From Macrostomum lignano (lineage: Eukaryota): 48,183 nt of DNA. Below, one piece after another: positions 25,081 through 36,400 of this stretch. Location of the stretch: contig NIVC01004370.1 in assembly GCA_002269645.1 (NCBI GenBank), forward strand, positions 1 through 48,183, given 5' to 3'. Every line of letters starts with the position of its first letter. Position 1 is the stretch's first letter. Position numbers and translations under genes: made by a program. The notes under the pieces are model-generated. The model was not told the origin of the DNA and did not search any database. It worked only from the letters and a program-made list of their open reading frames with translations.

Positions 25081-27314
25081 CTTTGTTTGGAGCACAGAAT
25101 TATTCATCCTTCGTACTGCTCAGCGAGTTGCTGCTCAGCGATTGCCCGAGCGAAACACTTTAAGCAAGCGGACGGCCGCACAAGGCCTGATTAAATATTA
25201 ATAAGCAGCCCGTCACTGTGAATTTTGTCGCTACCATTTATGCGTGAATTTAAGCGCCCACCGCTTAAATTTAGCAAGAAAGTCTTCTTTCTTGCCAAAT
25301 CTCTTTTTTTCTAAACCAGTTATAGTTCAGCTGGGCGGGGCGTTCTGCTGGATGGGGCTCTCCGGGTCACTGGGAAATTGATTTCCACACTCGACCAACC
25401 TGTACAGCCAGCTGGATTTGCAGCGCCCGGCCTGGGGACCTGCTGAGTTTCAAGTCTTCAAGCTGTGAGCCTTTTGCCAGCCAGAATCTGCTCCCAGCGC
25501 ACCGCTTCATCTTGCGCCGTGAGGTCAGCATCAGGCCCGACTCAATACGGCGCGAGCCTGCACTCTTTCTTGCACTTTCCTGTCCAACCCTCCCAGCTTC
25601 TGCTATCCTTCATCACTCTCTGTCTACCCTCCATCGTTTTTCTCTCTATTTTTCTTCGCCTCTCAACTTGCTTTCGGTGGCTTCTCACACCAGCAGCAGC
25701 CAGAAGACGGATGAGTAGGGGAGTGCCAGGCTAATACGAGCCGAGATTAGTGCAGCTCAAATAAAATGATAGAGAATTCGATTGGTCTGCAGGGGCTCAT
25801 TATCGATCGGTTGAAATTTTGATCAGACTGCTTTTAGGGGCAGGTGTGAAGCAGAAGGCAGCCAAGGTCGTGCAAATTTTGCCCGAAGCCGGTCTAAACT
25901 GGTAAGAAACGTCATATTTGTCGCATCGTTAGTGCATTCAGTATGCTCTATACAGAACGCATAGCGCTGAATGGGGTTTATGCCATAGACTACCGATCAA
26001 GGACTACTCAAGTAAGGACGGGAAACTGCGTTTCTTGGAAAATTTTAGGAGCAGCTTTTTCGAAAAATACAGTTTTCATTTTTCAGCACAAAAATTTTTA
26101 TTATGTACTTTCGAAAGGTGGCAGACCCAGTTTTCATCATTTGATTGTGCTGTACAATTGTACATGTCCTGTGTCTAATTAAAAACCATTAAAATGGCAC
26201 GGCTCAATTTATTGGTTTTATGAATCTATTTTATCATTCTTAGCTGACTGTGTAACAGAGACGTTGAAATAGATTCATAAAACCAATGAGTCGAACTTTG
26301 CCATATGTAGAACATTTAGGGGCGTATGGAATCTGTGGGCGCCTCGAATTCGTGTTTCGTGCTCAGGGCTCAGGGAATGGGTCCGACTGTTGCCTGCTCG
26401 CTCGGCTGCAAATCTAATGTTGCATTTGCAGATTCTAATGCATGGGTTTGGGCCACAGACACCTTGAGAGCTGCAGAAGTTACAGTCTATCGTCTGAACC
26501 CCTCGGGCTGAAGTGGCCCATTTAGGGGTAGCATAGAATCTGTGGGGTGCCTTGATCTGCCCCTACAAACTGACTGTTACCACTCCAGATTTTATAATTT
26601 AGTCCCCTATAAGCTAGCCCAATATGTCATTTAAGTATGGAGATGAACGACTATCAGACCCCTCCGTGCGTTCTGCGACCTTTAAGACCTGCCCATAGCA
26701 CTGGCTACAGCTGCCCAACCGTCCAACTAGCCCCAGATGAAGTGTCCCGCAAAATGTCAGAAAAGAAAATCTGGGAAATTCGCAGCCCCAAGCAGAAGTA
26801 ATTATAGCGAAAGTTTGATGTTAGAGAAAGATTTGAGAGAGATAAATATATGCGCCAGTCTCCGTGTAGGCGGCGGGGAAGGGGATAAACAAACTTTCTC
26901 CCTGCCGGACGGGAATCGATAAAGGCTCTGCAGCAGCATCCTTGTTCACCTTTGACGTGCGCGCTCGAAGCAAACTGCCGCCGCCCCCTCATGTTTACCA
27001 GATGGGAATAAGAAATCGACGGAGATTGCGAATCTTAGATTGGGATTGAGACTTTTCTATGGTCAATTTTCCCTAGGACTCAAAGTCTAACAGGGGCGGG
27101 GAGGCTTGCTGAATCGCCCCATTTCCTTTTCGTGAATTGAGCGCTCAGCGGATGGAGGGGGGGGGGCAGGCAGAAGCACTCGGGCATGCAGGATCACAGG
27201 ACAGTAGCAGCGGTCGCCATCAGCAGCATTAACATGATCGTTTGGAGAGTTTTTGAGTCTTAATAGGGCCGGCGCTCGATTCTAAATTTGTATAGATTCA
27301 TAGGACTGCGAAAC

Positions 27315-27830
27315 AGTGCAGTGCAGTCATAGGCAGCTACTAGTTTCGAGTACGGCATCATGTGATGTTGAGGGGGAGTCTGGGATCGAACCAATACGAG
27401 CAATACGGAAAATTGACAGCGACGCTGCAGCTGACAAAGCTGAAGCATTAGGAGAGATGCAGTTGTGACTTTTCGAGGGTGACACTGAGAGTGACAGATA
27501 TGAGACTGAGAGTGACAGGATTGAGACACTGAGAGTGACACGATTGAGACACTGAGAGTGACACGATTGAGACACTGAGAGTGACACGATTGAGACACTG
27601 AGAGTGACACGATTGAGACACTGAGAGTGACACGATTGAGACACTGAGAGTGCAGTGCAGTGCAGTCATAGGCAGCTACTAGTTTCGAGTACGGCATCAT
27701 GTGATGTTGAGGGGGGAGTCTGGGATCGAACCAATACGAGCAATACGGAAAATTGACAGTGACGCTGCAGCTGACAAAGCTGAAGCATTAGGAGAGATGC
27801 AGTTGTGACTTTTCGAGGGTGACACTGAGA
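27315..27830. repeat. Local tandem duplication, period 339 bp (about 165 bp unique + 23-bp satellite)
   Basis: cagtcataggcagctactag...cttttcgagggtgacactgagag occurs at 27324 and 27663 with about 2 differences. Confidence 0.9.
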
Positions 27831-28410
27831 GTGACAGGATTGAGACACTGAGAGTGACAGGATTGAGACACTGAGAGTGACAGGATTGAGACACTGAGAG
27901 TGACAGGATTGAGACACTGAGAGTGACAGGATTGAGACGCTGAGAGTGACAGGATTGAGACGTTGAGAGTGACAGGATTGAGACACTGAGAGTGACAGGA
28001 TTGAGACACTGAGTGACAGGATTGAGACACTGAGAGTGACAGGATTGAGACACTGAGAGTGACAGGATTGAGACACTGAGAGTGACAGGATTGAGACACT
28101 GAGAGTGACAGGATTGAGACACTGAGAGTGACAGGATTGAGACACTGAGAGTGACAGGATTGAGACACTGAGAGTGACAGGATTGAGACGCTGAGAGTGA
28201 CAGGATTGAGACGTTGAGAGTGACAGGATTGAGACACTGAGAGTGACAGGATTGAGACACTGAGTGACAGGATTGAGACATTGAGAGTGACAGGATTGAG
28301 ACACTGAGAGTGACAGGATTGAGACACTGAGAGTGACAGGATTGAGACACTGAGAGTGACAGGATTGAGACACTGAGAGTGACAGGATTGAGACGCTGAG
28401 AGTGACACTG
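27478..28410. repeat. 23-bp minisatellite in two blocks (27478-27652, 27818-28410)
   Basis: ACACTGAGAGTGACA(G/C)GATTGAG. Confidence 0.95.
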
Positions 28411-29599
28411 TTGAGAGACTTAAGTGTGATACGATCGAGTGATGAATGTGGCATGATGCAGCTCTATTGTAACGCTAAATTCCAGGGATATAATCCAAGA
28501 CAGCTAAAGCCTCCGAAGATGGCGCACTAAATTTCCTATCTCAATGTCTGCTACACACAGTAAATTTTACTACAAAGGCCCGGGTAATAAAGTCGGTGCA
28601 TCGTCACATGAGGTGAAGCCGCTGCCACACAAGTCATTGGGTACTGCAAAAGCCAAAGCAAAATCGATAGCTTTCTGATATTTCGAATTTGCTGCTTTTA
28701 TTGACACAGTACGGGGGTAGGAAGCTGACTGCACTGCACTTTAATCTAACGCACCACCACTTTATTCTCATTCCTGCTAGTGCCCAGATTCCCAAGCGCT
28801 GCCTGACACTATAAACAGTTCGCCCAATCTGTTATATTTATTGTATATACCTACATCAGCGAGAACGAATGCTGTTTATGAATCGATTGGGTTCAGCCAA
28901 GTCTGAGTCAGGTCATCATTTCACCTGTATATAATTCAAGCATCTAGGATGGCGCGCAAAGGGTGATATTGGGGCAAAACGGAAAAGGATTTTTCGGGTC
29001 ACGGGGGGGGCGGTCGGGGTGCGAAGTTCAACTGCGCAAGCGTGCCGGTCCTTGGCGCACCCAACAAATGTACATTTGTTGCCCCCAGCCTCCCTGAATA
29101 CAGTCAAGGGTCCACGGAATGAGGCAGAGAGCACAACAGCGAGCAAATGTCATCAGCGGTCACTAAGCCTCTGCTAGGGTCGGCCTCCCAATGGCTAAAT
29201 CCCCAGCTTAAGTCTTGGTTGGTCCGGCAGCAGGCATATGCACGTATTGCTTTAGTTAGTGGGAAAAGTTTTTGCACAAAAAAATCTACGCATCTGCAAG
29301 CTATAACGCAGCTGGTAACCGGGGCTGCACAGGCTGCGCACTTGCGCTGCATTGGCTGCTAAGCCATCTCGGCGCGAAAATAAAAGTGCATAGGAATTAG
29401 CACGACACACGATCGAGCAATGCTCACTTCGTTGCAGAAGATAAATTGCTCTATCCAGCTGCCCCGATGAGGCGCCGAAAGTTACAGCACCATGCAGACT
29501 CAAAGCTGATTTGTTTAAGTATAAAAATTTCTAACCTATAAAAGATTCTATCTATGTAAAAGATTTCTCAAATAATGCCTCAAATAATCGCAATTGATC

Positions 29600-31270
29600 T
29601 AAAACCCACAATTAAATCGCACAGAATCGCCCTTAAATCTTACAGAATCGCCCAACAAATCTCACAAAACTGCCTAACAAATCTCACAGAACCGCCTAAC
29701 AAATCTCACAGAACCGCCTAACAAATCTCACAGAATCGCCTAACAAATCTCACAGAATCACCTAACAAATCTTACAGAATCACCTAACAAATCTCAGAAT
29801 CGCCTAACAAATCTCACAGAATCACCTAACAAATCTTACAGAATCACCTAACAAATCTCAGAATCGCCTAAAAAATCTCACATAATCGCCTAACAGATCT
29901 CACAAAACTGCCTAACAAATCTCACAGAATCGTCCAACAAATCTCACAGAATCGCCCAACAAATCTCACAAAATCGCCTAACAAATCTCACAGAATTGCA
30001 CTAAAATCGCACAGAATCGCCTAACAAATCTCAAAGAATTGCCAAACAAATCTCACAGAACCGCCTAACAAATCTCACAGAACCGCCTAACAAATCTCAC
30101 AGAATCGCCTAACAAATCTTACAGAACCGCCTAACAAATCTCACAGAACCGCCTAACAAATCTCACAGAACCGCCTAACAAATCTCACAGAACCGCCTAA
30201 CAAATCTCACAGAATCGCCTAACAAATCTTACAGAACCGCTTAACAAATCTCACAGAACCGCCTAACAAATCTTACAGAACCGCTTAACAAATCTCACAG
30301 AACCGCCTAACAAATCTCACAGAATCACCCTTAAATCTCACAGAACCGCCTAACAAATCTTACAGAATCGCCTAACAAATCTCACAGAATCGCCTAACAA
30401 ATCTCACAGAACCGCCTAACAAATCTTACAGAATCGCCTAACAAATCTCACAGAATCGCCTAACAAATCTCACAGAATCACCCTCAAATCTCACAGAACC
30501 GCCTAACAAATCTTACAGAACCGCCTAACAAATCTTACAGAACCGCCTAACAAATCTCACAGAATCGCCTAACAAATCTTACAGAACCGCTTAACAAATC
30601 TCACAGAACCGCCTAACAAATCTTACAGAACCGCTTAACAAATCTCACAGAACCGCCTAACAAATCTCACAGAATCACCCTTAAATCTCACAGAACCGCC
30701 TAACAAATCTTACAGAATCGCCTAACAAATCTCACAGAATCGCCTAACAAATCTCACAGAACCGCCTAACAAATCTTACAGAATCGCCTAACAAATCTCA
30801 CAGAATCGCCTAACAAATCTCACAGAATCACCCTTAAATCTCACAGAACCGCCTAACAAATCTCACAGAATCGCCTAACAAATCTTACAGAACCGCCTAA
30901 CAAATCTTACAGAATCGCCTAACAAATCTCACAGAATCGCCTAACAAATCTCACAGAATCGCCTAACAAATCTCACAGAATCACCCTCAAATCTCACAGA
31001 ACCGCCTAACAAATCTTACAGAACCGCCTAACAAATCTTACAGAATCGCTCTTAAATCTTACAGAATCACCCTCAAATCTCACAGAACCGCCTAACAAAT
31101 CTTACAGAACCGCCTAACAAATCTTACAGAATCGCCCAACAAATCTCCCAGAATCACCCTCAAATCTCACAGAACCGCCTAACAAATCTTACAGAACCGC
31201 CTAACAAATCTTACAGAATCGCTCTTAAATCTTACAGAATCGCCCAACAAATCTCACAGAATCGCCCTCA
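29600..31270. repeat. 22-bp minisatellite, about 75 copies
   Basis: CCTAACAAATCTCACAGAA(C/T)CG. Confidence 0.96.
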
Positions 31271-32013
31271 AAACTTGTACCCCTCAATTTTATGACTCAA
31301 AAAGCCCATGAGATAAAAACAAACGTAAATATATATAATTTAAAGTTTAATAGGCTTTATACAGCAACTGTAATAAACAAGAATTTATTTGTTAATATTA
31401 ACAGATGTGCGACATTCTTTCAAAGGCCTTTTTGTTTAACTTTTTTAGACGCAGTGGATTTTGTTCTCAAAACAGACAATCAAGTTGAGTAACGGATCCG
31501 AAACCAAAAAGGATATAACAGGGACAACAATAGCCACACTGAAAGTGCATGAACATCTAGTTTAATACACAAACTTATCGCTTCGCTTAGCTGAATATTG
31601 AATTCAAGGAATTGCTGACACCTTAAAACATTGTTAACACAAATGTTAGGCACATTAATTTCAATTTAAACTCAATAAATCATTTTGTTACTGATGATAG
31701 CAATAGATTATTCGGTTAACAATAAACCTACTTACTGTAAGTAGGATTAAAGTATTTTTACAACGATGATAAAAATATTTAAAGCAACCACAGGTGGGAA
31801 AATTACAGACTAATATTTTGAAAGGACACAAAATGACAAATATATATAATGGCGAATTGTGGGATAATTTTGAGACAATGAGAAAATTATTTATTTTCTC
31901 TTTCATTGGGGTCTAATTCTATGAATTACAATGTGCTAGTATGGCCTCTGCTATGCGTTTTAAAAAAGTACAAATTTCTTCAAAAAACGACTGTTGGTCT
32001 TTTTTTGTCTTTT

Positions 32014-32373
32014 TCAGTCTCATAATAATAATAATAATAATAATAATTGATTACACCTGCCCAATGGGCAGATGTGCAACCGACAGCTCAGCCGCAGCTA
32101 TTGCGCGGCGCATCTGAAGGCTGCGTACGGCTGTTCAGTCCAAGGACTGGGGGGTCGCCACACACACCCTCAATTACCCCAGCTAATGCTGGCACCCATT
32201 TTACAGCTGAAGCAATGCAGAGTTGAGTGTCTTGCTCAAGGACACAAATTGTTGCAGAGGGATCGGGAATCGAACCCCCGACCTTCAAGTCGTGAGTCCG
32301 ACGCCCTAACCACTAGGCTACAACCCCTACTCTTAACCACTAGGCTACAACCCCTACTCATATCAGTCTCATA
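32014..32373 (-). mobile_element. Full-length tRNA-headed CORE-type SINE with 11-bp TSD
   Basis: Minus strand reads A box TAGCCTAGTGG, B box GGTTCGATTCC, then GTGTCCTTGAGCAAGACACTCAAC...CTGTAAAATGGG (like the recalled MIR/CORE domain) and an (ATT)n tail at 32022-32046. TCAGTCTCATA flanks both sides (32014-32024, 32363-32373). Confidence 0.85.
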
Positions 32374-32384
32374 TATATGGCGGC

Positions 32385-32685
32385 AAGTCTTTGATCTATA
32401 TTGGGGCGGTTAGTCTTTGATCTATATTGGAGCGGTTAGTCTTTGATCTATATAGGGGCGGTTAGTCTTTGATCTATATAGGGGCGGTTAGTCTTTGATC
32501 TATATAAGGACGGCAAGCCTTTGATCTATATAGAGGCGGCTAATCTTTGATCTATATAGGGGCGGCTAGTCTTTGATCTATATAGGGGCGGTTAGTCTTT
32601 GATCTATATAGGGGCGGCTGGACTTTGATCTATATAGGGGCGGCTAGTCTTTGATCTATATAGGGACCGCTAGTCTTTGATCTAC
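32385..32685. repeat. 26-bp minisatellite, about 11 copies
   Basis: GGCGGTTAGTCTTTGATCTATATAGG. Confidence 0.93.
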
Positions 32686-33221
32686 GAGTTGATGAGATGC
32701 AGGCCATTGGGAGATTACACAAACGGTTTATGGTTGACAAAAACTTCGCCGGAACACAAAAACAACATTTACTATGCGTATGCAATCTATTTATGAATCT
32801 CAGTCTACTGGCAGTGTGACGGGCGGGAATGTCAAAAAACAATTATTGATCAAAGCGCTGAAAAAATAATTGAAGGCCATAAAACTAATGATTAACCAAG
32901 AAAACTATTCAAAGCGGGTGAGAAACCAAACAGGACGCATAAAAAGCTAACACAACAGTACACAGCGCATCAAGATCGGCCAATTTTATTTCTTATATCG
33001 TTTTTCTACAGAATCTTCAACAAACTGAGAAATTTCCAATTACTTAATTTGCATCCTAAGCGCTTCTTACTACAAGTAGTGCGATAGGACACGCAAAATG
33101 GCATAAATTAACTGTGCAAAAAACAGTAAGATTTCGTATGTAGTATCCAGCCACTGCAGTCCAATCGAATCAAGGTTCCAGGAAATTGATGCAATGAAAT
33201 TCCAGGAAATATCGACCTATT

Positions 33222-33448
33222 TTAAGCGGTCGACGAAGAGCCGCCGGCAGCTGCGTCGGGCTTCGACGATTGCGGCAACTTGGCGGCCGTCGGCGTTGAC
33301 GAAGCGACCACGGCGGCGGCGGCTGCGGTGGCGGCGACAGCCTGAGGACGGAAGTCCGGCACAGGCAGCTGGCGCAGCTCAGATGAGCTGAGAGTCTTAT
33401 GGCCAGGCGAGCTCTGCGGCTGCTGATGAGGCTGCTCAGTGAGCTGGT
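33222..33448 (-). CDS. TMEM115: TMEM115 exon 3 (DQLTEQPHQQ...SSSTA*)
   Basis: ctctgcag acceptor phase 1, open to TAA; low complexity so no homology support. Confidence 0.7.
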
Positions 33449-36400
33449 CTGCAGAGGCGGATAAAGGGAAGCCGGTGGGTGGTGCATGGAATAAGCTATG
33501 GAATAAAAATGCGTCCTGACCCGCTGCAGGGAGGGTCACTCCGAATCATGTCTATTCCTCCTGACCCATGGGTACGCACGCTCACACAGGTGTACAGCTG
33601 CCCCGACTTTATAATCTGTCTTTGTGGGGGGGTTGCACTTATGGAGTGGGTCGTAATTCACAAACCCGAAATTTTACAATGTCGAAATGCACTGCAGTCT
33701 AGAGATGAGATTTTCGACTATTCGACATTGTGAAATTTCGGGTTTGGAAAATTTTGGGATTGTAAAGTTTCGGGTTTGTGAACTTTTGGCATTGTGAAGC
33801 TTCGGGTTTGTGAACTTTTGGCATTGTGAAGCTTCGGGTTTGTGAAGTCTTGACATTGTGAAGCTACGGGTTTGTGAAGTCTTGGCATTGTGAAGCTTCG
33901 GGTTTGTGAAGTCTTGGCATTGTGAAGCTTCGGGTTTGTGAACTTTTGGCATTGTGAAGCTTCGGGTTTGGAAAGTTTTGGCATTGTGAAGCTTCGGGTT
34001 TAGAAAGTTTTGGCATTGTGAAGGTTCGGGTTTGGAAAGTTTTGGCATTGTGAAGCTTCGGGTTTGTGAAGTCTTGACATTGTGAAGCTTCGGGTTTGTG
34101 AAGTCTTGGCATTGTGAAGCTTCGGGTTTGTGAAGTCTTGGCATTGTGAAGCTTCGGGTTTGTGAACTTTTGGCATTGTGAAGCTTCGGGTATGTGAACT
34201 TTTGGCATTGTGAAGCTTCGGGTATGTGAACTTTTGGCATTGTGAAGCTTCGGGTTTGGAAAGTTTTGGCATTGTGAAGCTTCGGGTTTGTGAAGTTTTG
34301 GCATTGTGAAGGTTCGGGTTTGGAAAGTTTTGGCATTGTGAAGCTTCGGGTTTGTGAACTTTTGGCATTGTGAAGCTTCGGGTTTGTGAAGTCTTGACAT
34401 TGTGAAGCTTCGGGTTTGTGAAGTCTTGGCATTGTGAAGCTTCGGGTTTGTGAAGTCTTGGCATTGTGAAGCTTCGGGTTTGTGAACTTTTGGCATTGTG
34501 AAGCTTCGGGTATGTGAACTTTTGGCATTGTGAAGCTTCGGGTTTGGAAAGTTTTGGCATTGTGAAGCTTCGGGTTTGGAAAGTTTTGGCATTGTGAAGC
34601 TTCGGGTTTGTGAACTTTTGGCATTGTGAAGCTTCGGGTTTGTGAAGTCTTGACATTGTGAAGCTTCGGGTTTGTGAAGTCTTGGCATTGTGAAGCTTCG
34701 GGTTTGTGAAGTTTTGGCATTGTGAAGCTTCGGGTTTGTGAAGTTTTGGCATTGTGAAGCTTCGGGTTTGTGAAGTCTTGGCATTGTGAAGCTTCGGGTT
34801 TAAGAAGTCTTGGCATTGTGAATCTTCGGGTTTCTGAAGTCTTGACATTGTGAAGCTTCGGATGAAAGCGCCCCTCATAGGTGGTGAGTTGCACGACAAC
34901 CCCAACCCCCTCCCAAGGCCAGTTTTCGTGCACATGCCCATGGCTTACCAGCAATATCAGCGGTAGTGCTGGTGGCCGAAGCGGCAACTACAGTTGCGGC
35001 AGCGGCGGCAGGGCTGGGCGCATCCCTTGGCCAGGGCTCGTGCCCAGCGCTAAGCAGGCGATCATTGAGCGCCTTAAGCGCCATCTGCTTGCGCCGTTCG
35101 CTCTCGTCCGGGTCGCGGACAACCACGCCAGACAGGGGGGCGGCGCTCACCTGGCGTTCGAACTTTTTGCACAGACGGATCCGAACTAGCAGAGAGAAGA
35201 TGGCATTGGCCACAATTGACACTGGCGGCACCAGGTGGTTGGGGAAGAATCTAAAATTATTTAAGCGACTTTGCTAAGTGAGATTTGACTATGAATTTGA
35301 ATATTTAATATCTTATCTACCCCAGATACCAGTCTCTTAGACCAATGAGACAACTAGGTAGACAATATTTGGATTTGCTTATAACTTTAGCAACTGAGCA
35401 CATATTCATTTTTGCCAAATGCCCATCTAAAATAAAACCTTTTTTAAAGTAGTAACAAGATTTTTGTGACAGTGCAAATTATTATACATCAAAACTAAAT
35501 TTTACATATTGAATTTGGATCCTAGATCAATGACAATAAATTTACTTCTAATATTTTTCTGATTCATATTTGATTCTATAAATTTATTTGAAATATTAAA
35601 ACTGATTATCAATAGTAAATATAATAAAATCTATAAACATGGAACCTGCAAACTTTAAAAACTATGACAACTTTTTTTACCCAATAGATTGGCTAGCTTG
35701 GCTAGGTATTGTGAATTTATAAGGTTAAATAGGATAAAAAACTAAGATAAGGATTCCTATCTTACTTTTATTGAAAAGCAAACTTTAAACAGCATTCTTT
35801 TGTTTTACAATACTTGCATTTTGCATCAAATCTGTTATATGATACCCAATTAAAATAGTGAGAATTCAAATAGATGTAGTCATGATCACAAAAATCCTAC
35901 AATTGTAATTTATTAGAGCAAAATCCTTATATTCACTTTCATTATACAATAACCTAAATGGGCAATTTGTTAATAATGTATTGTAAAACAAAAGTGAAGA
36001 GAGGTATATAGCAAAGAAACAGAAGACCTAAAACTAAAAAACTAATATATATTATAAAAGAAAGGACAGAATAGTTAAGTCCAATAAGTGAGTAAAAGTC
36101 CATTTTCCTCTTTTACTATTCTCTATCATTTTTGCTTCCACACCCCTTCACTTTTGTTTCATGATACATTATTAACAAATTGTCTATTTAAGGCATTGTA
36201 TAACAAAAGTGAATGTAAGGATTGTACTCTAGTAAGCTAGAAGTAGGATTTTTGCAATGTTCCTACAACTGTTTCAATTCTTATTTTCCATTAGGTATTG
36301 TATAATGAAATTGATGCAAGTAAGCAATTGGGCTATGGGTATCATAAAATGAAAGAATGCCCTTCAATAAACATTTTTATTGCAAAGTTTTTTTTTAATT

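Noticed and set aside
25331-25470. Plus-strand fragment (GVLLDGAL.../...AEFQVFKL*) vaguely like a TLDc C-terminus
   Set aside because: Requires a frameshift, the similarity is weak, and there are no partner exons
27382-27392. B-box-like GGTTCGATCCC on the minus strand (duplicated near 27721; similar fragment near 17014)
   Set aside because: No A box or cloverleaf found
32255-32327. Functional tRNA (Val-CAC-like) gene
   Set aside because: The T stem is short, D and anticodon stems have mismatches, and it continues into a SINE body within a TSD
15940-34862. Regular 22-40 bp repeats as CRISPR arrays
   Set aside because: Head-to-tail units with no unique spacers, no cas genes, and a eukaryotic intron context
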